Origin: the human T2T-CHM13v2.0 reference genome, Homo sapiens
Direction of reading: 5' to 3'
Length of the DNA: 64,000 nt
NCBI GenBank assembly: GCA_009914755.4
Contig: CP086569.2
Location: forward strand, 51,040,001-51,104,000
The position numbers were made by a program, and so were the translations under genes. Below, one piece after another: positions 28,433-41,915 of the stretch (positions within the stretch are counted from its first letter, which is position 1; every line of letters starts with the position of its first letter). The notes under the pieces are model-generated. The model had not been told where the DNA came from. It searched no databases and was given only the letters and a program-made list of their open reading frames with translations.

Positions 28433-31400
28433 GTTGAGATAGAATGGAAAGGACTCCTTTGGAATGGTGTAGTATGCAATGCAATCGACTGGCAGGGAAT
28501 CAAAAGGAATGTAATCGAATGGATTGGACTGGAATGCAATGGACTCGAATAGATTGGAAACGGAATGCAAAGGAATGGAATGGAATAGTATGGAATGGAA
28601 TGGAAAGGAATGGAGTGGAATAGACTAGAGTGGAATGGAATGGACTGGAAAGCAATGGACTGGAATGGAACTTTCTTGAATGGACTAGAATCAAACGGAA
28701 TGGAATGCAATGCAATCAAATGGCATGGAATAAAATAGAATGAAAGAGAATCAAATGGAATTGAATCGAATGGAATCGAATGGATTGGAAAGGAATAGAA
28801 TGGAATGGAATGGAATTGACTCAAATGGAATGGACTAGAATGGAATGGATTCGAATGGAAGGCAAAGGAATGGAATCTATTGGAATGGACTGTAATGGAA
28901 TGGAATGGAAGGGATTGGAATGGACTCGAATGGAATGGACTGCAATAGAAAGGATTCGAATGGAATGAAAAAGAATTGAATGGAATAGAACAGAATGGAA
29001 TCAAATCGAATGAAATGGAATGGAATAGAAAGGAATGGAATGAAATGGAATGGAAAGGATTCGAATGGAATGCAATCGAATGGAATGGAATCGAACGGAA
29101 TGGAATAAAATGGAAGAAAACTGGCAAGAAATGGAATCGAAATGAATGGAGTGTTATGGAACGGACTCAAAAGGAATTGAATGTAATAGAATGGAGTGGA
29201 GTGGACTCGAATATAATGGACTGGAATGGAATGAAATCACATGGAATGGGAACGAATGGAATGGAATGGAAAGGAATGGAATCGAATGGAAAGGAATCGA
29301 ATGGAAGGGAATGAAATTGAATCAACAGGAATGGAAGGGAATAGAATAGACGGTAATGGAATGGACTCGAATAGAATGGACACGAATGCTCAAATTGAAT
29401 GGACTCGAATGGAATGGAAACGAAAGGAATGTCATCGAATGGAATTGAATCGATTGGAATGAAATCGCATAGAATGGAGTGGAATCAAATGGAATTGAAT
29501 CGAAAGGAAAGGAAGCGAATGGACTGAAATGAAATGGAATGGAATTGAATGGAAAGTAATGCAATGGAATAGAATGGAACGAAATTTCACGGAATGGAAT
29601 CAAACTGAATGGAATCAAATCAATGGAATCAAATCAAATGGAATGGAAAGGAATTGAATGGAGTAGATTGGATTGGATGGGATTGGAATGAAATGTACTG
29701 GAAAGGACTCGAATTTCATGAAACGGAATGGAATGAATTGGAACGGAATGGACTCGAATGGAATGGAATGTCATGGAATGGCATCAAATGGAATGGCATC
29801 AAATGGAATGGAATCGAATGCAATGGAATGCTATGGAATGGAATGGAATGCATTGGAATGGAATGTCCTCTAATGGAATGGATTCGAGTGGAATGGAATC
29901 GAATATAATGGAGTCGAATGAAATGGAATTGAAAGGAATGGGATCGAATAGAATGGAATATACTGGAATGTAATGTAATGAACTCGAATGTAATTGACTG
30001 GAATGGAATGTACATGAATGGAATGTAATCGAATGGAAAGTAATCCAATGGAATAGAATCTAATGCAATAAAATCGACTCAGATAGAGTAGAATGTAATG
30101 GAATGGAGTGCAGTGCAATGGAATGGAATGGAATGGAATGCAATGGAATGGAATGGAATGGAATGGAATGGAATGGAATGGGATGGAATGGGATGGAATG
30201 GTATGGAATGGATAGTAATGGACTGGAGTGAAATGGACTGGAAAGGAATGGACTCAAATTGAAAGGGCTCGAAAGGAATGGAGTCAAATGGAATGGTCTG
30301 GAATGGAATGAACACGAAAGTAATGCAATCGAATAGAATGGAATCGAATGGCATGGAATATAAAGAAATGGAATCGAAGAGAATGGAAACAAATGGAATG
30401 GAATTGAATGGAATGGAATTGAATGGAATGGGAACGAATGGAGTGAAATTGTATGCAGTAGAAGGGAATAGAATGGAATGCAAGCGAAAGGAAAGGAATG
30501 GATTGGAATGGAATGGAATTCATTGGAATGGAAGGGAATGTAGTGTAATGGACAGGCCTGGAATAAAGTGGAATGCTACGGTCTCGAATGGAATAAAAAT
30601 GTATGGAATGGAATGCAATGAAACGGAATCGAATGTCATAGAATGTAATGGAATGCAAAAAAATGGAATCCAAAATCATTGACTGGAAAGGCTGGGTGTC
30701 GAAAGGAATTGACTCCAATGGAATGGAATCGAATGGAGTGGAAGTGAATAGAATCGAACTAAATCGAATGGAATGGAATTGATAGGAACGGAATGGAAAG
30801 GAATGCAATGATTTGGCACGGAATGGAATCGAATGGCATCGAATGGAATGGAATGGAATGCAATGGAATGGAATGTATTAGAATGTAATGAACTTTAATG
30901 GAATGTACTCGAATGGATTCAACTGGAATGGAATGTTCTGGAAGTGAATGGGCTCCAATGGAATGGATTCAAAAGGAATGGAATCGTACGGAATGGAATC
31001 TAATGGAATGGAATTAAATGGAAATGAATCAAATTGAATAGCACGGAATTGAATTGAATGGAATTGAATGCAATAGAATCTAATGAAACGGAAAGGAATG
31101 GAATGGAATGGAATGGAATGGAATGGGCTGGAATGGAAAGGAATCGAAACGAATGGAATGGAATCGAACTGAAGAGACTGGAATGGAATGCACTGGAATG
31201 GAAGGGAGTGTAATGGAAGGTTCTCGAAAGAAATGGAATCGAATGGAATGGAATTGAATGGAACAGAATAGAGTCGAATGGAATTGAATGGAATGGAATG
31301 GACTAGAGTGAAATGGAATCGAACCACAAGGAATGGACAGGAATAGAATGGTCTCGAATTGAATGGAATCATATGCAATGGCATCAAACGGAATGGAATG

Positions 31401-32006
31401 GACAGCCACGTAATGGAATGCACTCGAATGCAATGGAGTCGAAACTAATGGACTGGAATAGAATGGACTCGACTGGTACGGACTCCAATGGAATGGAATC
31501 GAATGGAAGGGAATCGAACGGAATGGACTCGAAGGGAAAAGACTGCAATGGAAAGGTCTCGAATGGAATGGAAATTAATGGAATGGAATTGAATCGAATG
31601 AAATGGAGTCAAAAGGAATGGAATCGAATGGCAAGAAATCGAATGTAATGGAATCGCAAGGAATTGATGTGAACGGAACGGAATGGAATGGAATCCAAAG
31701 GAATGGAATAGAATGGAATGGAATCGAATGGAAAGGACTCCAATGGAAATCACTCGAATAGAATGCAATTTAATAAAATAGGATCAAATGTAATGGAATG
31801 GAATGGAAAGGAATCGAAACGAAAGGAATGGAGACAGATGGAATGGAATGGAACAGAGAGCAATGGTATAGAATGGAATGGAATCATCTGGAATGGAATT
31901 GAATGGAATGGAATAATATGAAATGGAATGGAATGGAATGGAATGGAATGCCCTTGAATTAAATGGACTGGAATGGAATGGACTCGAACAGAGTGGAATG
32001 GAAAGT
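28433..32006 (+). repeat. HSat3/DYZ1-type HOR unit 9 (3574 bp; long variant)
   Basis: Anchors at 28433 and 32007. There is an extra gggatggaat pentamer pair at ~30176-30195 in the pure GGAAT tract. Confidence 0.85.
28668..28680. promoter_or_regulatory. HSE consensus match GAActTTCttGAA
   Basis: Unit offset +235. Verified. Confidence 0.3.
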
Positions 32007-35000
32007 GTTGAGATAGAATGGAATGGACTCCTTTGGAATGGTGTAGTATGCAATGCAATCGACTGGCAGGGAATCAAAAGGAATGTAATGGAATGGATTG
32101 GACTGGAATGCAATGGACTCGAATAGATTGGAAACGGAATGCAAAGGAATGGAATGGAATAGTATGGAATGGAATGGAAAGGAATGGAGTGGAATAGACT
32201 AGAGTGGAATGGAATGGACTGGAAAGCAATGGACTGGAATGGAACTTTCTTGAATGGACTGGAATCAAACGGAATGGAATGCAATGCAATCAAATGGCAT
32301 GGAATAAAATAGAATGAAAGAGAATCAAATGGAATTGAATCGAATGGAATCGAATGGATTGGAAAGGAATAGAATGGAATGGAATGGAATGGACTAGAAT
32401 GGAATGGATTCGAATGGAAGGCAAAGGAATGGAATCTATTGGAATGGACTGTAATGGAATGGAATGGAAGGGATTGGAATGGACTCGAATGGAATGGACT
32501 GCAATAGAAAGGATTCGAATGGAATGAAAAAGAATTGAATGGAATAGAACAGAATGGAATCAAATCGAATGAAATCGAATGGAATAGAAAGGAATGGAAT
32601 GAAATGGAATGGAAAGGATTCGAATGGAATGCAATCGAATGGAATGGAATCGAACGGAATGGAATAAAATGGAAGAAAACTGGCAAGAAATGGAATCGAA
32701 ATGAATGGAGTGTTATGGAACGGACTCAAAAGGAATTGAATGTAATAGAATGGAGTGGAGTGGACTCGAATATAATGGACTGGAATGGAATGAAATCACA
32801 TGGAATGGGAACGAATGGAATGGAATGGAAAGGAATGGAATCGAATGGAAAGGAATCGAATGGAAGGGAATGAAATTGAATCAACAGGAATGGAAGGGAA
32901 TAGAATAGACGGTAATGGAATGGACTCGAATAGAATGGACACGAATGCTCAAATTGAATGGACTCGAATGGAATGGAAACGAAAGGAATGTCATCGAATG
33001 GAATTGAATCGATTGGAATGAAATCGCATAGAATGGAGTGGAATCAAATGGAATTGAATCGAAAGGAAAGGAAGCGAATGGACTGAAATGAAATGGAATG
33101 GAATTGAATGGAAAGTAATGCAATGGAATAGAATGGAACGAAATTTCACGGAATGGAATCAAACTGAATGGAATCAAATCAATGGAATCAAATCAAATGG
33201 AATGGAAAGGAATTGAATGGAGTAGATTGGATTGGATGGGATTGGAATGAAATGTACTGGAAAGGACTCGAATTTCATGAAACGGAATGGAATGAATGGG
33301 AACGGAATGGACTCGAATGGAATGGAATGTCATGGAATGGCATCAAATGGAATGGCATCAAATGGAATGGAATCGAATGCAATGGAATGCTATGGAATGG
33401 AATGGAATGCATTGGAATGGAATGTCCTCTAATGGAATGGATTCGAGTGGAATGGAATCGAATATAATGGAGTCGAATGAAATGGAATTGAAAGGAATGG
33501 GATCGAATACAATGGAATATACTGGAATGTAATGTAATGAACTCGAATGTAATTGACTGGAATGGAATGTACATGAATGGAATGTAATCGAATGGAAAGT
33601 AATCCAATGGAATAGAATCTAATGCAATAAAATCGACTCAGATAGAGTAGAATGTAATGGAATGGAGTGCAGTGCAATGGAATGGAATGGAATGGAATGC
33701 AATGGAATGGAATGGAATGGAATGGAATGGAATGGGATGGAATGGGATGGAATGGTATGGAATGGATAGTAATGGACTGGAGTGAAATGGACTGGAAAGG
33801 AATGGACTCAAATTGAAAGGGCTCGAAAGGAATGGAGTCAAATGGAATGGTCTGGAATGGAATGAACACGAAAGTAATGCAATCGAATAGAATGGAATCG
33901 AATGGCATGGAATATAAAGAAATGGAATCGAAGAGAATGGAAACAAATGGAATGGAATTGAATGGAATGGAATTGAATGGAATGGGAACGAATGGAGTGA
34001 AATTGTATGCAGTAGAAGGGAATAGAATGGAATGCAAGCGAAAGGAAAGGAATGGATTGGAATGGAATGGAATTCATTGGAATGGAAGGGAATGTAGTGT
34101 AATGGACAGGCCTGGAATAAAGTGGAATGCTACGGTCTCGAATGGAATAAAAATGTATGGAATGGAATGCAATGAAACGGAATCGAATGTCATAGAATGT
34201 AATGGAATGCAAAAAAATGGAATCCAAAATCATTGACTGGAAAGGCTGGGTGTCGAAAGGAATTGACTCCAATGGAATGGAATCGAATGGAGTGGAAGTG
34301 AATAGAATCGAACTAAATCGAATGGAATGGAATTGATAGGAACGGAATGGAAAGGAATGCAATGATTTGGCACGGAATGGAATCGAATGGCATCGAATGG
34401 AATGGAATGGAATGCAATGGAATGGAATGTATTAGAATGTAATGAACTTTAATGGAATGTACTCGAATGGATTCAACTGGAATGGAATGTTCTGGAAGTG
34501 AATGGGCTCCAATGGAATGGATTCAAAAGGAATGGAATCGTACGGAATGGAATCTAATGGAATGGAATTAAATGGAAATGAATCAAATTGAATAGCACGG
34601 AATTGAATTGAATGGAATTGAATGCAATAGAATCTAATGAAACGGAAAGGAATGGAATGGAATGGAATGGAATGGAATGGGCTGGAATGGAAAGGAATCG
34701 AAACGAATGGAATGGAATCGAACTGAAGAGACTGGAATGGAATGCACTGGAATGGAAGGGAGTGTAATGGAAGGTTCTCGAAAGAAATGGAATCGAATGG
34801 AATGGAATTGAATGGAACAGAATAGAGTCGAATGGAATTGAATGGAATGGAATGGACTAGAGTGAAATGGAATCGAACCACAAGGAATGGACAGGAATAG
34901 AATGGTCTCGAATTGAATGGAATCGTATGGAATGGCATCAAACGGAATCGAATGGACAGCCACGGAATGGAATGCACTCGAATGCAATGGAGTCGAAACT

Positions 35001-35560
35001 AATGGACTGGAATAGAATGGACTCGACTGGTACGGACTCCAATGGAATGGAATCGAATGGAACGGAATCGAACGGAATGGAATCGAAGGGAAAAGACTGC
35101 AATGGAAAGGTCTCGAATGGAATGGAAATTAATGGAATGGAATGGAATCGAATGAAATGGAGTCAAAAGGAATGGAATCGAATGGCAAGAAATCGAATGT
35201 AATGGAATCGCAAGGAATTGATGTGAACGGAACGGAATGGAATGGAATCCAAAGGAATGGAATAGAATGGAATGGAATCGAATGGAAAGGACTCGAATGG
35301 AAATCACTCGAATAGAATGCAATTTAATAAAATAGGACCAAATGTAATGGAATGGAATGGAAAGGAATCGAAACGAAAGGAATGGAGACAGATGGAATGG
35401 AATGGAACAGAGAGCAATGGTATAGAATGGAATGGAATCATCTGGAATGGAATTGAATGGAATGGAATAATATGAAATGGAATGGAATGGAATGGAATGG
35501 AATGCCCTTGAATTAAATGGACTGGAATGGAATGGACTCGAACAGAGTGGAATGGAAAGT
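32007..35560 (+). repeat. HSat3/DYZ1-type HOR unit 10 (3554 bp)
   Basis: Anchors at 32007 and 35561. A 15-bp deletion near 32385-32400 (ggaattgactcaaat is absent). Confidence 0.85.
32242..32254. promoter_or_regulatory. HSE consensus match GAActTTCttGAA
   Basis: Unit offset +235. Verified. Confidence 0.3.
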
Positions 35561-38500
35561 GTTGAGATAGAATGGAATGGACTCGTTTGGAATGGTCTAG
35601 TATGCAATGCAATCGACTGGCAGGGTATCAAAAGGAATGTAATGGAATGGATTGGACTGGAATGCAATGGACTCGAATAGATTGCAAACGGAATGCAAAG
35701 GAATGGAATGGAATAGTATGGAATGGAATGGAAAGGAATGGAGTGGAATAGACTAGAGTGGAATGGAATGGACTGGAAAGAAATGGACTGGAATGGAACT
35801 TTCTTGGATGGACTGGAATCAAACGGAATGGAATGCAATGCAATCAAATGGCATGGAATAAAATAGAATGAAAGAGAATCAAATGGAATTGAATCGAATG
35901 GAATCGAATGGATTGGAAAGGAATAGAACGGAATGGAATGGAATTGACTCAAATGGAATGGACCAGAATGGAATGGATTCGAATGGAAGGCAAAGGAATG
36001 GAATCTATTGGAATGGACTGTAATGGAATGGAATGGAAGGGATTGGAATGGACTCGAATGGAATGGACTGCAATAGAAAGGATTCGAATGGAATGAAAAA
36101 GAATTGAATGGAATAGAACAGAATGGAATCAAATCGAATGAAATGGAATGGAATAGAAAGGAATGGAATGAAATGGAATGGAAAGGATTCGAATGGAATG
36201 CAATCGAATGGAATGGAATCGAACGGAATGGAATAAAATGGAAGAAAACTGGCAAGAAATGGAATCGAAATGAATGGAGTGTTATAGAACGGACTCAAAA
36301 GGAATTGAATGTAATAGAATGGAGTGGAGTGGACTCGAATATAATGGACTGGAATGGAATGAAATCACATGGAATGGGAACGAATGGAATGGAATGGAAA
36401 GGAATGGAATTGAATGGAAAGGAATCGAATGGAAGGGAATGAAATTGAATCAACAGGAATGGAAGGGAATAGAATAGACGGTAATGGAATGGACTCGAAT
36501 TGAATGGACACGAATGCTCAAATTGAATGGACTCGAATGGAATGGAAACGAAAGGAATGTCATCGAATGGAATTGAATCGATTGGAATGAAATCGCATAG
36601 AATGGAGTGGAATCAAATGGAATTGAATCGAAAGGAAAGGAAGCGAATGGACTGAAATGAAATGGAATGGAATTGAATGGAAAGTAATGCAATGGAATAG
36701 AATGGAACGAAATTTCACGGAATGGAATCAAACTGAATGGAATCAAATCAATGGAATCTAATCAAATGGAATGGAAAGGAATTGAATGGAGTAGATTGGA
36801 TTGGATGGGATTGGAATGAAATGTACTGGAAAGGACTCGAATTTCATGAAACGGAATGGAATGAATTGGAACGGAATGGACTCGAATGGAATGGAATGTC
36901 ATGGAATGGCATCAAATGGAATGGCATCAAATGGAATGGAATCGAATGCAATATAATGCTATGGAATGAAATGGAATGCATTGGAATGGAATGTCCTCTA
37001 ATGGAATGGATTCGAGTGGAATGGAATCGAATATAATGGAGTCGAATGAAATGGAATTGAAAGGAATGGGATCGAATACAATGGAATATACTGGAATGTA
37101 ATGTAATGAACTCGAATGTAATTGACTGGAATGGAATGTACATGAATGGAATGTAATCGAATGGAAAGTAATCCAATGGAATAGAATCTAATGCAATAAA
37201 ATCGAGTCAAATAGAGTAGAATGTAATGGAATGGAGTGCAGTGCAATGGAATGGAATGGAATGGAATGCAATGGAATGGAATGGAATGGAATGGAATGGA
37301 ATTTAATGGAATGGGATGGAATGGTATGGAATGGATAGTAATGGACTGGAGTGAAATGGACTGGAAAGGAATGGACTCAAATTGAAAGGGCTCGAAAGGA
37401 ATGGAGTCAAATGGAATGGTCTGGAATGGAATGAACACGAATGTAATGCAATCCAATAGAATGGTATCGAATGGCATGGAATATAAAGAAATGGAATCGA
37501 AGAGAATGGAAACAAATGGAATGGAATTGAATGGAATGGAATTGAATGGAATGGGAACGAATGGAGTGAAATTGTATGCAGTAGAAGGTAATAGAATGGA
37601 ATGCAAGCGAAAGGAAAGGAATGGATTGGAATGGAATGGAATTCATTGGAATGGAAGGGAATGTAGTGTAATGGACAGGTCTGGAATAAAGTGGAATGCT
37701 ACGGTCTCAATGGAATAAAAATGTATGGAATGGAATGCAATGAAACGGAATCGAATGTCATAGAATGTAATGGAATGCAACAAAATGGAATCCAAAATCA
37801 TTGACTGGAAAGGCTGGGTGTCGAAAGGAATTGACTCCAATGGAATGGAATCGAATGGAATGGAAGTGAATAGAATCGAACTAAATCGAATGGAATGGAA
37901 TTGATAGGAACGGAATGGAAAGGAATGCAATGATTTGGCATGGAATGGAATCGAATGGCATCGAATGGAATGGAATGGAATGCAATGGAATGGAATGTAT
38001 TAGAATGTAATGAACTTTAATGGAATGTACTCGAATGGATTCGACTGGAATGGAATGTTCTGGAAGTGAATGGACTCCAATGGAATGGATTCCAAAGGAA
38101 TGGAATCGTACGGAATGGAATCTAATGGAATGGAATTAAATGGAAATGAATCAAATTGAATAGCACGGAATTGAATTGAATGGAATGGAATGCAATGGAA
38201 TCTAATGAAACGGAAAGGAAAGGAATGGAATGGAATGGAATGGGCTGGAATGGAAAGGAATCGAAACGAATGGAATGGAATCGAACTGAAGAGACTGGAA
38301 TGGAATGCACTGGAATGGAAGGGAGTGTAATGGAAGGTTCTCGAAAAAAATGGAATCGAATGGAATGGAATTGAATGGAACGGAATAGAGTCGAATGGAA
38401 TTGAATGGAATGGAATGGACTAGAGTGAAATGGAATCGAACCACAAGGAATGGAGAGGAATAGAATGGTCTCGAATTGAATGGAATCGTATGGAATGGCA

Positions 38501-39123
38501 TCAAACGGAATGGAATGGACAGCCACGGAATGGAATGCACTCGAATGCAATGGAGTCGAAACTAATGGACTGGAATAGAATGGACTCGACTGGTACGGAC
38601 TCCAATGGAATGGAATCGAATGGAAGGGAATCGAACGGAATGGACTCGAAGGGAAAAGACTGCAATGGAAAGGTCTCGAATGGAATGGAAATTAATGGAA
38701 TGGAATGGAATCGAATGAAATGGAGTCAAAAGGAATGGAATCGAATGGCAACAAATCGAATGTAATGGAATCGCAAGGAATTGATGTGAACGGAACGGAA
38801 TGGAATGGAATCCAAAGGAATGGAATAGAATGGAATGGAATCGAATGGAAAGGACTCGAATGGAAATCACTCGAATAGAATGCAATTTAATAAAATTGGA
38901 TCAAATTTAATGGAATGGAATGGAAAGGAATCGAAACGAAAGGAATGGAGACAGATGGAATGGAATGGAACAGAGAGCAATGGTATAGAATGGAATGGAA
39001 TCATCTGGAATGGAATTGAATGGAATGGAATAATATGAAATGGAATGGAATGGAATGGAATGGAATGCCCTTGAATTAAATGGACTGGAATGGAATGGAC
39101 TCGAACAGAGTGGAATGGAAAGT
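35561..39123 (+). repeat. HSat3/DYZ1-type HOR unit 11 (3563 bp; 'P' subtype)
   Basis: Anchors at 35561 and 39124. It shares the degenerate-HSE variant with unit 16, 22,105 bp downstream. Both have the 418-aa fused artefact ORF. Confidence 0.85.
35796..35808. promoter_or_regulatory. Degenerate HSE match GAActTTCttGGA
   Basis: ggaactttcttggatgg. This is the 'P' subtype variant. Confidence 0.25.
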
Positions 39124-39358
39124 GTTGAGATAGAATGGAATGGACTCCTTTGGAATGGTGTAGTATGCAATGCAATCGACTGGCAGGGAATCAAAAGGAA
39201 TGTAATGTAATGGACTGGACTGGAATGCAATGGACTCGAATAGATTGGAAACGGAATGCAAAGGAATGGAATGGAATAGTATGGAATGGAATGGAAAGGA
39301 ATGGAGTGGAATAGACTAGAGTGGAATGGAATGGACTGGAAAGCAATGGACTGGAATG

Positions 39359-39371
39359 GAACTTTCTTGAA
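39359..39371. promoter_or_regulatory. HSE consensus match GAActTTCttGAA
   Basis: Unit offset +235. Verified. Confidence 0.3.
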
Positions 39372-39763
39372 TGGACTAGAATCAAACGGAATGGAATGCA
39401 ATGCAATCAAATGGCATGGAATAAAATAGAATGAAAGAGAATCAAATGGAATTGAATCGAATGGAATCGAATGGATTGGAAAGGAATAGAATGGAATGGA
39501 ATGGAATTGACTCAAATGGAATGGACTAGAATGGAATGGATTCGAATGGAAGGCAAAGGAATGGAATCTATTGGAATGGACTGTAATGGAATGGAATGGA
39601 AGGGATTGGAATGGACTCGAATGGAATGGACTGCAATAGAAAGGATTCGAATGGAATGAAAAAGAATTGAATGGAATAGAACAGAATGGAATCAAATCGA
39701 ATGAAATGGAATGGAATAGAAAGGAATGGAATGAAATGGAATGGAAAGGATTCGAATGGAATG

Positions 39764-41915
39764 CAATCGAATGGAATGGAATCGAACGGAATGGAATAAA
39801 ATGGAAGAAAACTGGCAAGAAATGGAATCGAAATGAATGGAGTGTTATGGAACGGACTCAAAAGGAATTGAATGTAATAGAATGGAGTGGAGTGGACTCG
39901 AATATAATGGACTGGAATGGAATGAAATCACATGGAATGGGAACGAATGGAATGGAATGGAAAGGAATGGAATCGAATGGAAAGGAATCGAATGGAAGGG
40001 AATGAAATTGAATCAACAGGAATGGAAGGGAATAGAATAGACGGTAATGGAATGGACTCGAATAGAATGGACATGAATGCTCAAATTGAATGGACTCGAA
40101 TGGAATGGAAACGAAAGGAATGTCATCGAATGGAATTGAATCGATTGGAATGAAATCGCATAGAATGGAGTGGAATCAAATGGAATTGAATCGAAAGGAA
40201 AGGAAGCGAATGGACTGAAATGAAATGGAATGGAATTGAATGGAAAGTAATGCAATGGAATAGAATGGAACGAAATTTCACGGAATGGAATCAAACTGAA
40301 TGGAATCAAATCAATGGAAGCCAATCAAATGGAATGGAAAGGAATTGAATGGAGTAGATTGGATTGGATGGGATTGGAATGAAATGTACTGGAAAGGACT
40401 CGAATTTCATGAAACGGAATGGAATGAATTGGAACGGAATGGACTCGAATGCAATGGAATGTCATGGAATGGCATCAAATGGAATGGCATCAAATGGAAT
40501 GGAATCGAATGCAATGGAATGCTATGGAATGGAATGGAATGCATTGGAATGGAATGTCCTCTAATGGAATGGATTCGAGTGGAATGGAATCGAATATAAT
40601 GGAGTCGAATGAAATGGAATTGAAAGGAATGGGATCGAATACAATGGAATATACTGGAATGTAATGTAATGAACTCGAATGTAATTGACTGGAATGGAAT
40701 GTACATGAATGGAATGTAATCGAATGGAAAGTAATCCAATGGAATAGAATCTAATGCAATAAAATCGACTCAGATAGAGTAGAATGTAATGGAATGGAGT
40801 GCAGTGCAATGGAATGGAATGGAATGGAATGCAATGGAATGGAATGGAATGGAATGGAATGGAATTTAATGGAATGGGATGGAATGGTATGGAATGGATA
40901 GTAATGGACTGGAGTGAAATGGACTGGAAAGGAATGGACTCAAATTGAAAGGGCTCGAAAGGAATGGAGTCAAATGGAATGGTCTGGAATGGAATGAACA
41001 CGAATGTAATGCAATCCAATAGAATGGTATCGAATGGCATGGAATATAAAGAAATGGAATCGAAGAGAATGGAAACAAATGGAATGGAATTGAATGGAAT
41101 GGAATTGAATGGAATGGGAACGAATGGAGTGAAATTGTATGCAGTAGAAGGTAATAGAATGGAATGCAAGCGAAAGGAAAGGAATGGATTGGAATGGAAT
41201 GGAATTCATTGGAATGGAAGGGAATGTAGTGTAATGGACAGGTCTGGAATAAAGTGGAATGCTACGGTCTCAATGGAATAAAAATGTATGGAATGGAATG
41301 CAATGAAACGGAATCGAATGTCATAGAATGTAATGGAATGCAACAAAATGGAATCCAAAATCATTGACTGGAAAGGCTGGGTGTCGAAAGGAATTGACTC
41401 CAATGGAATGGAATCGAATGGAATGGAAGTGAATAGAATCGAACTAAATCGAATGGAATGGAATTGATAGGAACGGAATGGAAAGGAATGCAATGATTTG
41501 GCATGGAATGGAATCGAATGGCATCGAATGGAATGGAATGGAATGCAATGGAATGGAATGTATTAGAATGTAATGAACTTTAATGGAATGTACTCGAATG
41601 GATTCGACTGGAATGGAATGTTCTGGAAGTGAATGGACTCCAATGGAATGGATTCCAAAGGAATGGAATCGTACGGAATGGAATCTAATGGAATGGAATT
41701 AAATGGAAATGAATCAAATTGAATAGCACGGAATTGAATTGAATGGAATGGAATGCAATGGAATCTAATGAAACGGAAAGGAAAGGAATGGAATGGAATG
41801 GAATGGGCTGGAATGGAAAGGAATCGAAACGAATGGAATGGAATCGAACTGAAGAGACTGGAATGGAATGCACTGGAATGGAAGGGAGTGTAATGGAAGG
41901 TTCTCGAAAAAAATG
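39764..41915 (+). repeat. Internal tandem duplication in unit 12, copy 1 (2,152 bp)
   Basis: Starts at 'caatcgaatggaatggaatcgaacgg' (39764) and ends at '...ggttctcgaaaaaaatg' (41915). The next 2152 bp repeat it. Confidence 0.8.

Noticed and set aside
34999-36255. Long ORFs: 418 aa on the minus strand here and at 57104-58360; 300-305 aa ORFs in most other units at the same offset (for example 6870-7787); many 60-230 aa ORFs on both strands
   Set aside because: All are low-complexity translations of the pentamer. The + frames read MEWNG/MESNG repeats and the minus frames read FHSIPF repeats. They overlap one another on both strands and recur with the 3.56-kb period. They open or close through single-base satellite variants. 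There is no codon-usage structure or domain-like sequence, and no upstream signals. These are not genes.
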